64,000 nucleotides of DNA from NCBI GenBank assembly GCA_964016885.1, contig OZ024740.1, positions 138,384,001 through 138,448,000 on the forward strand, read 5' to 3'. Numbering within the stretch: position 1 is the stretch's first letter; each line of letters begins with the position of its first letter. Below are positions 42,943 through 52,500 of the stretch, in pieces. Made by a program: the position numbers and the translations under genes. This DNA comes from Eledone cirrhosa (lineage: Eukaryota). Below the pieces are notes generated by a model. That model did no database searches. It worked only from the letters and a program-made list of their open reading frames with translations, and was not told the DNA's origin.

Positions 42943-42981
42943 CGGCGGATAGTGGGCTCTGCGAAACAACATCCAACCGCC
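42918..42981 (+). promoter_or_regulatory. Putative -1 programmed ribosomal frameshift signal at the gag/pol junction
   Basis: G GGA AAA heptamer in gag phase at 42918-42924, a 6-nt spacer, a hairpin at 42931-42961, and loop GGCGG complementary to CCGCC at 42977-42981. The protease ORF is in the -1 frame. Confidence 0.8.
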
Positions 42982-43223
42982 ACTTTTTCATTGAGGACCT
43001 GCTGTCAGGTAGAGCTTTCCTGGTTGACACAGGTGCAGTTTGTTCAGTATGGCCTGTGTGTTGTATGAAGGAGACTCCCCCTGGGACACCTATTGAGTTG
43101 CAGGCAGTAAATTGTTCGCCGATTCGAACTTTCGGACAAATCTCGTTACCTTTGCAGTTTCGTAATCTGCGGCGCAAGTTTAAATGGATATTTACTTCGC
43201 TGCCTTGCCGTATCCGATTCTAG
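42918..43223 (+). CDS. pol: Aspartic protease (retropepsin), N-terminal part of Pol
   Basis: [14 protein letters not shown] active site (DTG at 43026-43034). Continues through a frame break near 43191 into PILGADFL. Confidence 0.88.
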   Translation, partial: GKRRPESLTADSGLCETTSNRHFFIEDLLSGRAFLVDTGAVCSVWPVCCMKETPPGTPIELQAVNCSPIRTFGQISLPLQFRNLRRKFKWIFTSLPCRIRF

Positions 43224-45634
43224 GCGCGGATTTTCTCCACCATTTTTCATTGACGGTGGACCTCCGTCGTAATCGCCTAATTGATGGCATCACTGGATTA
43301 ACTGTTGTTGGCAAGGCAGCAGGAGTTCCAACGGTTAGCCCGACCTTTTTCCTTGCTAACACCGGTGATCCTTACCATGCGTTGTTGAACTCGTTCCCGC
43401 AACTGACTCGGGGAAACTTTCGAGTTGATGAACCAACTCATACCACGGAGCACTTCATATCTACAACTGGTGCTCCCGTTTTTTCTCGTCCTCGTCGCTT
43501 GCCTCCGGACAAACTCAAAGCAGCACGATCAGAGTTTGATCATATGCTGCAAATGGGGATTATTCGTCCGTCCACGAGCCCGTGGGCGTCCCCATTACAC
43601 ATGGTACCGAAAGCGAAGGGCGATTGGAGACCTACTGGAGATTATCGACGCCTAAATTCGATAACGGTACCGAACCGGTATCTTATCCCTCATCTGCAAG
43701 ACTTTGCGTCTTCGTTGCAGGGATGCAAGATATTCTCCAAACTGGATTTAATTCGTGCGTACCATCAAATTCCTGTCCATAAAAACGACATTCCAAAAAC
43801 GGCTATAGTTACGCCATTTGGGTCATTCGAGTTTTTGACTATGCCGTTCGGATTAAGGAATGCCGCTAGTACTTTTCAGCGGTTTATGGATGAGGTTACT
43901 CGCGGCCTCGATTTCGTCTATACCTATATTGACGACCTGCTCATTGCTAGTTCTTCTCAAGAGCAACATACGCACCATTTGAATCTTCTTTTCCGCCGAT
44001 TGAAGGCGTATAACGTGCAGCTTAATGCACCCAAATGTGTTTTTGTTGCTGAGTCACTGACTTTCTTGGGTCACGTCATCGATGCTGACGGTATTCGACC
44101 CCGGCCTGAGCGAGTTAAGGTCATAGAGGATTTGCCTCCACCGACCTCACTACGTCAGTTACGCCAGTTCTTAGGTCTGATTAACTTTTATAGGCGTTTC
44201 GTGCCAAATTGTGCAAAATTGCTTTTCTCCCTGACAGAAATTTTGAAAAATTGTCGGAGGAAGAACAAAGATATTTCTTTGACAGACACTCAACTTGCTG
44301 ATTTTCAGCACGCCAAAACTGCTTTGGCTAATGCTTGGTTACTGACTCACCCGGTACCCGGTGCAAAGCTAACGCTTTGTGTTGATGCATCGGATATCGC
44401 TGTGGGCGCAGTACTACAGCAAAACATCAATGGTTACCAGCAACCGCTGGAGTTTTTTTCCAGAAAGCTGAAACCTGCTGAGACGCGCTACAGCACCTTT
44501 GGAAGAGAGCTTTTAGCCATCTATTTGGCCGTGAAACATTTTTCACATGTGCTAGAGGGTAGACAATTTACTATCCTCACTGACCATAAACCATTGACTT
44601 TTGCTTTGAGAGCGAAGGCTGATAAATACTCGCCCAGAGAGACGAGACACCTTGATTTCATCTCGCAATATACGAGTGATATCCAGCACATTCCGCGTTC
44701 ACTAAATACAGCGGCCGATGCTTTGTCCCGCTTACTCGTGACAGCGATCTCGTCACCCTCTAACATAGATCTGACTCGTTTGGCTGCGGATCAGCCTCCC
44801 CTTGAGTCATTGGATGTTACATCGCCTGAGTTTGCGAATTGCGAGATGAAATACTTGCCTCTGTCGACTGCAGTTGGCCAAATCCTCTGCGACGTCTCTT
44901 TGGACGTGCCTAGGCCCTTCGTTCCAGAGAATCATCGTCGGACCGTGTTTCTGGCATTACATAGTATCTCACATCCAGGATCTTCTGCCACAGCAAAACT
45001 CATATCAGCTAGATTGTTCTGGCCAAATATGAGGCGTGAAATTGCTGCTTGGTGCCGTTCCTGCGTCGCTTGCCACAGAACAAAGGTCCATCGACACGTC
45101 AAGGCTCCCCTGGGTACCTTTGCTAACCCAGATGCGCGTTTTTCACATATTCATATTGACATAGTGGGACCTTGGCCTGTCAGCGATGGTTTTTCTTATC
45201 TGCTGACCGTCATTGACCGTTTTTCGAGATGGACTGAGGCCATCCCTTTGAAAAACATCACCGCGGAGACAACAGCACGTGCTCTTGTGTCTGGATGGAT
45301 CTCTCGTTATGGAGTTCCATCCACAATAACTACCGACCGTGGACGACAGTTCGAGTCGAGCCTTTTCCTCGAGCTGTCAAAATTAATTGGTGCTAAACGC
45401 ATTAGAACTACGGCGTACCATCCCGCTTCGAATGGTATGGTGGAGCGTTTTCACCGACAACTGAAAGCCTCCTTAATGGCCTCAATGGACTCGGCGCATT
45501 GGAGCGAGTACCTCCCTATTGTGCTACTAGGGATTCGGTCAACGGTGAAGGTCGACTTTATTTTCACCGGCCGAAGTACTGTACGGTGCCCCTCTGACGT
45601 TGCCCGGGCAAATGCTTGCCCCTATCGATCTTGA
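43184..45634 (+). CDS. pol: Pol: protease C-terminus, reverse transcriptase, RNase H and integrase core
   Basis: RT motifs [40 protein letters not shown] and YIDD (43925-43936). RNase H motifs [24 protein letters not shown] and ADALSR. Integrase HHCC (HSISH...CVAC) and D,D,E (HIDIVG, TTDRG, GMVERFH). Confidence 0.97.
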   Translation: MDIYFAALPYPILGADFLHHFSLTVDLRRNRLIDGITGLTVVGKAAGVPTVSPTFFLANTGDPYHALLNSFPQLTRGNFRVDEPTHTTEHFISTTGAPVFSRPRRLPPDKLKAARSEFDHMLQMGIIRPSTSPWASPLHMVPKAKGDWRPTGDYRRLNSITVPNRYLIPHLQDFASSLQGCKIFSKLDLIRAYHQIPVHKNDIPKTAIVTPFGSFEFLTMPFGLRNAASTFQRFMDEVTRGLDFVYTYIDDLLIASSSQEQHTHHLNLLFRRLKAYNVQLNAPKCVFVAESLTFLGHVIDADGIRPRPERVKVIEDLPPPTSLRQLRQFLGLINFYRRFVPNCAKLLFSLTEILKNCRRKNKDISLTDTQLADFQHAKTALANAWLLTHPVPGAKLTLCVDASDIAVGAVLQQNINGYQQPLEFFSRKLKPAETRYSTFGRELLAIYLAVKHFSHVLEGRQFTILTDHKPLTFALRAKADKYSPRETRHLDFISQYTSDIQHIPRSLNTAADALSRLLVTAISSPSNIDLTRLAADQPPLESLDVTSPEFANCEMKYLPLSTAVGQILCDVSLDVPRPFVPENHRRTVFLALHSISHPGSSATAKLISARLFWPNMRREIAAWCRSCVACHRTKVHRHVKAPLGTFANPDARFSHIHIDIVGPWPVSDGFSYLLTVIDRFSRWTEAIPLKNITAETTARALVSGWISRYGVPSTITTDRGRQFESSLFLELSKLIGAKRIRTTAYHPASNGMVERFHRQLKASLMASMDSAHWSEYLPIVLLGIRSTVKVDFIFTGRSTVRCPSDVARANACPYRS

Positions 45635-46097
45635 TGCCCAAGATCACGCTTCCTACGTGTCCCGTTTGCGCTCCTATTTCCAGGATTTGCCGCCAATGGA
45701 CACTAGGAAACAAACTGTCAAGACTGCTCTCCCGAGGGATATTGCCTCGTGGACGCATGTCTTTGTAAGGAAAGATTCTGTGAAGCCCCCGCTCACACAG
45801 CCTTACACTGGACCTTACCGTGTTTTAGCGCGCTCGGCTAAGCATTTCACGTTAGATATTAAGGGGTCCAGGGAGACAGTTACAATAGACAGGCTTAAGC
45901 AGGCGCACCTTGACACGGACGCTGTGGTTCCTGATCCACGAACCCCTTCGTATTTGCCTGTTGAGCGAACGCCTGTTCCTGAACCACCATCATCGCCTGT
46001 CCCTACACCACCACCATCGCCACGTTACAAGACCACGACCCGTTCAGGTCGTAGGGTCCATTGGTCCAAAAAATTTTGCAGCACCGTCTATATTTAG
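45560..46097 (+). CDS. pol: Integrase C-terminal region (GPY/F module and Pro-rich tail), out of frame with upstream pol
   Basis: Reads [17 protein letters not shown], then HVFVRKD...[12 protein letters not shown] (GPY at 45810-45818), VTIDRLK, a Pro-rich linker and [10 protein letters not shown]. Stop at 46097. Confidence 0.88.
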
Positions 46098-46302
46098 ACT
46101 GTGTTAGCTGCAGCTTTTTTTTCGCCTCTGCTTTTTCTTTGCCTTGTTTTTTATGCATGCATGTTGTTATTTTTTTAACATTTTTCAAATCCTTATTCTG
46201 GTTTCAATTTTTGGTAGAGCGAATAGCTCCCCCTTGTTGCATTGTTCGCGATCTTACTCCACATGTGAGTAATGACATCGATTTTCGATGATTTGAAAAT
46301 CT

Positions 46303-46313
46303 GGCAGGGGAAA
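46303..46313 (+). promoter_or_regulatory. Polypurine tract
   Basis: GGCAGGGGAAA, 1 nt before the TG of the 3' LTR. Confidence 0.8.
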
Positions 46314-46314
46314 C

Positions 46315-46560
46315 TGTAGTAAGATGCCTCACGCCTCTTGATAGAACAACCCTAGTTATCTCCCGCTGGTTGAGAACGCGAGGAGAAAAACAGACAGCCA
46401 CTGGAAAGCAGACTGATCACACGCCAGAAACCAGTCTCTGTACCACACCATTGTTTGTGCTACATCAAAAATAAACATATATTTCATCTCTAATTTATGC
46501 TGTTGAAATCATTATTATGTCACTCGTGTCTCAATAACATCTATAATCAATACTGCTAAA
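46315..46560 (+). repeat. 3' LTR (246 bp)
   Basis: Starts TGTAGTAAGATGCC directly after the PPT and ends ATACTGCTAAA, followed by satellite. Confidence 0.95.
46470..46475 (+). terminator. Putative polyadenylation signal in the 3' LTR
   Basis: AATAAA at the same position in both LTRs, followed by T/GT-rich sequence. Confidence 0.55.
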
Positions 46561-49500
46561 CACTTTTCTCTCAATCTCCAATTCTCTCTTTCTCTTATCA
46601 CTTTTCCCTCAATCTCCAATTCTCTCTTTCTCTTATCACTTTTCCCTCAATCTCCAATTCTCTCTTTCTCTTAACACTTTTCTCTCAATCTCCAATTCTC
46701 TCTCTCTCTTATCCCTTTTCTCTCAATCTCCAATTCTCTCTCTCTCTTATCACTTTTCTCTCAATCACCAATTATCGCTTTCTCTTATCACTTTTCTCTC
46801 AATCTCCAATTCTCTCTTTCTCTTATCCCTTTTCTCTCAATCTCCAATTCTCTCTTTCTCTTATCACTTTTCCCTCAATCTCCAATTCTCTCTTTCTCTT
46901 AACACTTTTCTCTCAATCTCCAATTCTCTCTCTCTCTTATCCCTTTTCTCTCAATCTCCAATTCTCTCTCTCTCTTATCACTTTTCTCTCAATCACCAAT
47001 TATCTCTTTCTCTTATCACTTTTCTCTCAATCTCCAATTCTCTCTTTCTCTTATCCCTTTTCTCTCAATCTCCAATTCTCTCTTTCTCTTATCACTTTTC
47101 CCTCAATCTCCAATTCTCTCTTTCTCTTATCACTTTTCTCTCAATCTCCAATTCTCTCTCTCTCTTATCCCTTTTCTCTCAATCTCCAATTCTCTCTTTC
47201 TCTTATCACTTTTCCCTCAATCTCCAATTCTCTCTTTCTCTTAACACTTTTCTCTCAATCTCCAATTCTCTCTTTCTCTTATCAATTTTCCCTCAATCTC
47301 CAATTCTCTCTTTCTCTTATCACTTTTCTCTCAATCTCCAATTCTCTCTCTCTCTTATCCCTTTTCTCTCAATCTCCAATTCTCTCTCTCTCTTATCACT
47401 TTTCTCTCAATCACCAATTATCTCTTTCTCTTATCACTTTTCTCTCAATCTCCAATTCTCTCTTTCTCTTATCCCTTTTCTCTCAATCTCCAATTCTCTC
47501 TCTCTCTTATCCCTTTTCTCTCAATCTCCAATTCTCTCTCTCTCTTATCACTTTTCTCTCAATCTCCAATTCTCTCTTTCTCTTATCACTTTTCTCTCAA
47601 TCTCCAATTCTCTCTTTCTCTTATCACTTTTCTCTCAATCTCCAATTCTCTCTCTCTCTTATCACTTTTCTCTCAATCTCCAATTCTCTCTTTCTCTTAT
47701 CACTTTTCTCTCAATCTCCAATTCTCTCTTTCTCTTATCACTTTTCCCTCAATCTCCAATTCTCTCTTTCTCTTATCACTTTTCTCTCAATCTCCAATTC
47801 TCTCTCTCTCTTATCCCTTTTCTCTCAATCTCCAATTCTCTCTCTCTCTTATCACTTTTCTCTCAATCACCAATTCTCTCTTTCTCTTATCACGTTTCTC
47901 TCAATCTCCAATTCTCTCTCTCTCTTATCACTTTTCTCTCAATCACCAATTATCTCTTTCTCTTATCACTTTTCTCTCAATCTCCAATTCTCTCTTTCTC
48001 TTATCCCTTTTCTCTCAATCTCCAATTCTCTCTCTCTCTTATCCCTTTTCTCTCAATCTCCAATTCTCTCTCTCTCTTATCCCTTTTCTCTCAATCTCCA
48101 ATTCTCTCTCTCTCTTATCACTTTTCTCTCAATCTCCAATTCTCTCTTTCTCTTATCACTTTTCTCTCAATCTCCAATTATCTCTTTCTCTTATCACTTT
48201 TCTCTCAATCTCCAATTCTCTCTTTCTCTTATCACTTTTCTCTCAATCACCAATTATCTCTTTCTCTTATCACTTTTCCCTCAATCTCCAATTCTCTCTT
48301 TCTCTTATCACTTTTCTCTCAATCTCCAATTCTCTCTCTCTCTTATCCCTTTTCTCTCAATCTCCAATTCTCTCTCTCTCTTATCACTTTTCTCTCAATC
48401 ACCAATTCTCTCTTTCTCTTATCACGTTTCTCTCAATCTCCAATTCTCTCTTTCTCTTATCACTTTTCTCTCAATCTCCAATTCTCTCTGTTTCTTATCA
48501 CTTTTCTCTCAATCTCCAATTCTCTCTTTCTCTTGTCACTTTTCTCTCAATCTCCAATTCTCTCTTTCTCTTATCACTTTTCTCTCAATCTCCAATTCTC
48601 TCTTTCTCTTATCACTTTTCTCTCAATCTCCAATTCTCTCTTTCTCTTATCACTTTTCTCTCAATCTCCAATTCTCTCTTTCTCTTATCACTTTTCTCTC
48701 AATCTCCAATTCTCTCTTTCTCTTATCACTTTTCCCCCAATCTCCAATTCTCTCTCTCTCTTATCACTTTTCCCCCAATCTCCAATTCTCTCATTCTCTT
48801 ATCACTTTTCTCTCAATCTCCAATTCTCTCTTTCTCTTATCACTTTTCTCTCAATCTCCAATTCTCTCTTTCTCTTATCACTTTTCTCTCAATCTCCAAT
48901 TCTCTCTTTCTCTTATCACTTTTCTCTCAATCTCCAATTCTCTCTTTCTCTTATCATTTTCCCCCCAATCTCCAATTCTCTCTCTCACTTATCACTTTTC
49001 CCCCAATATCCAATTCTCTCTTTCTCTTATCACTTTTCTCTCAATCTCCAATTCTCTCTTTCTCTTATCACTTTTCCGCCAAACTCCAATTCTCTCTCTC
49101 TCTTATCACTTTTCCCCCAATCTCCAATTCTCTCTTTCTCTTATCACTTTTCTCTCAATCTCCAATTCTCTCTTTCTCTTATCACTTTTCTCTCAATCTC
49201 CAATTCTCTCTTTCTCTTATCACTTTTCTCTCAATCTCCAATTCTCTCTCTCTCTTATCACTTTACTCTCAATCTCCAATTCTCTCTGTTTCTTATCACT
49301 TTTCTCTCAATCTCCAATTCTCTCTTTCTCTTATCACTTTTCTCTCAATCTCCAATTCTCTCTTTCTCTTATCACTTTTCTCTCAATCTCCAATTCTCTC
49401 TCTCTCTTATCACTTTTCCCCCAATCTCCAATTCTCTCTCTCTCTTATCACTTTTCTCTCAATCTCCAATTCTCTCTTTCTCTTATCACTTTTCTCTCAA

Positions 49501-52500
49501 TCTCCAATTCTCACTTTCTCTTATCACTTTTCTCTCAATCTCCAATTCTCTCAGTTTCTTATCACTTTTCTCTCAATCTCCAATTCTCTCTTTCTCTTGT
49601 CACTTTTCTCTCAATCTCCAATTCTCTCTTTCTCTTATCACTTTTCTCTCAATCTCCAATTCTCTCTTTCTCTTATCACTTTTCTCTCAATCTCCAATTC
49701 TCTCTTTCTCTTATCACTTTTCTCTCAATCTCCAATTCTCTCTTTCTCTTATCACTTTTCTCTCAATCTCCAATTCTCTCTTTCTCTTATCACTTTTCCC
49801 CCAATCTCCAATTCTCTCTCTCTCTTATCACTTTTCCCCCAATCTCCAATTCTCTCATTCTCTTATCACTTTTCTCTCAATCTCCAATTCTCTCTGTTTC
49901 TTATCACTTTTCTCTCAATCTCCAATTCTCTCTTTCTCTTATCACTTTTCTCTCAATCTCCAATTCTCTCTTTCTCTTATCACTTTTCTCTCAATCTCCA
50001 ATTCTCTCTCTCTCTTATCACTTTTCCCCCAATCTCCAATTCTCTCTCTCTCTTATCACTTTTCCCCCAATCTCCAATTCTCTCTTTCTCTTATCACTTT
50101 TCCCCCAATCTCCAATTCTCTCTCTCTCTTATCACTTTTCCCCCAATCTCCAATTCTCTCATTCTCTTATCACTTTTCTCTCAATCTCCAATTCTCTCTT
50201 TCTCTTATCACTTTTCTCTCAATCTCCAATTCTCTCTTTCTCTTATCACTTTTCTCTCAATCTCCAATTCTCTCTTTCTCTTATCACTTTTCTCTCAATC
50301 TCCAATTCTCTCTTTCTCTTATCATTTTCCCCCCAATCTCCAATTCTCTCTCTCCCTTATCACTTTTCCCCCAATATCCAATTCTCTCTTTCTCTTATCA
50401 CTTTTCTCTCAATCTCCAATTCTCTCTTTCTCTTATCACTTTTCCCCCAAACTCCAATTCTCTCTCTCTCTTATCACTTTTCCCCCAATCTCCAATTCTC
50501 TCTTTCTCTTATCACTTTTCTCTCAATCTCCAATTCTCTCTTTCTCTTATCACTTTTCTCTCAATCTCCAATTCTCTCTTTCTCTTATCACTTTTCTCTC
50601 AATCTCCAATTCTCTCTCTCTCTTATCACTTTACTCTCAATCTCCAATTCTCTCTGTTTCTTATCACTTTTCTCTCAATCTCCAATTCTCTCTTTCTCTT
50701 ATCACTTTTCTCTCAATCTCCAATTCTCTCTTTCTCTTATCACTTTTCTCTCAATCTCCAATTCTCTCTCTCTCTTATCACTTTTCCCCCAATCTCCAAT
50801 TCTCTCTCTCTCTTATCACTTTTCTCTCAATCTCCAATTCTCTCTTTCTCTTATCACTTTTCTCTCAATCTCCAATTCTCACTTTCTCTTATCACTTTTC
50901 TCTCAATCTCCAATTCTCTCAGTTTCTTATCACTTTTCTCTCAATCTCCAATTCTCTCTTTCTCTTGTCACTTTTCTCTCAATCTCCAATTCTCTCTTTC
51001 TCTTATCACTTTTCTCTCAATCTCCAATTCTCTCTTTCTCTTATCACTTTTCTCTCAATCTCCAATTCTCTCTTTCTCTTATCACTTTTCTCTCAATCTC
51101 CAATTCTCTCTTTCTCTTATCACTTTTCTCTCAATCTCCAATTCTCTCTTTCTCTTATCACTTTTCCCCCAATCTCCAATTCTCTCTCTCTCTTATCACT
51201 TTTCCCCCAATCTCCAATTCTCTCATTCTCTTATCACTTTTCTCTCAATCTCCAATTCTCTCTGTTTCTTATCACTTTTCTCTCAATCTCCAATTCTCTC
51301 TTTCTCTTATCACTTTTCTCTCAATCTCCAATTCTCTCTTTCTCTTATCACTTTTCTCTCAATCTCCAATTCTCTCTCTCTCTTATCACTTTTCCCCCAA
51401 TCTCCAATTCTCTCTCTCTCTTATCACTTTTCTCTCAATCTCCAATTCTCTCTTTCTCTTATCACTTTTCTCTCAATCTCCAATTCTCACTTTCTCTTAT
51501 CACTTTTCTCTCAATCTCCAATTCTCTCAGTTTCTTATCACTTTTCTCTCAATCTCCAATTCTATCTTTCTCTTGTCACTTTTCTCTCAATCTCCAATTC
51601 TCTCTTTCTCTTATCACTTTTCTCTCAATCTACAATTCTCTCTTTCTCTTATCACTTTTCTCTCAATCTCCAATTCTCTCTTTCTCTTATCACTTTTCTC
51701 TCAATCTCCAATTCTCTCTTTCTCTTATCACTTTTCTCTCAATCTCCAATTCTCTCTTTCTCTTATCACTTTTCTCTCAATCTCCAATTCTCTCTTTCTC
51801 TTATCACTTTTCTCTCAATCTCCAATTCTCTCTTTCTCTTATCACTTTTCCCCCAATCTCCAATTCTCTCTCTCTCTTATCACTTTTCTCTCAATCTCCA
51901 ATTCTCTCAGTTTCTTATCACTTTTCTCTCAATCTCCAATTCTCTCTTTCTCTTGTCACTTTTCTCTCAATCTCCAATTCTCTCTTTCTCTTATCACTTT
52001 TCTCTCAATCTCCAATTCTCTCTTTCACTTATCACTTTTCTCTCAATCTCCAATTCTCTCTTTCTCTTATCACTTTTCTCTCAATCTCCAATTCTCTCTT
52101 TCTCTTATCACTTTTCTCTCAATCTCCAATTCTCTCTTTCTCTTATCACTTTTCCCCCAATCTCCAATTCTCTCTCTCTCTTATCACTTTTCCCCCAATC
52201 TCCAATTCTCTCATTCTCTTATCACTTTTCTCTCAATCTCCAATTCTCTCTGTTTCTTATCACTTTTCTCTCAATCTCCAATTCTCTCTTTCTCTTATCA
52301 CTTTTCTCTCAATCTCCAATTCTCTCTTTCTCTTATCACTTTTCTCTCAATCTCCAATTCTCTCTCTCTCTTATCACTTTTCCCCCAATCTCCAATTCTC
52401 TCTCTCTCTTATCACTTTTCTCTCAATCTCCAATTCTCTCTTTCTCTTATCACTTTTCTCTCAATCTCCAATTCTCACTTTCTCTTATCACTTTTCTCTC

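Larger units (their letters stand above)
40976..46560 (+). mobile_element. Full-length Ty3/Gypsy LTR retrotransposon, CsRN1/Kabuki/Boudicca-like (5,585 bp)
   Basis: Paired direct LTRs (offset 5339), PBS, PPT, gag with a CHCC knuckle, and pol in PR-RT-RNaseH-IN order. The clade call rests on the CHCC motif and Trp-like PBS, not on a phylogeny. Confidence 0.96.

Noticed and set aside
42452-45758. Short antisense and alternate-frame ORFs overlapping gag-pol
   Set aside because: Their lengths are as expected for shadow ORFs and they have no motifs.
46003-46401. Short ORFs after integrase as a possible env or accessory gene
   Set aside because: Only about 215 bp separate the pol stop from the 3' LTR. 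The ORFs are short, T-run derived and lack recognisable motifs.
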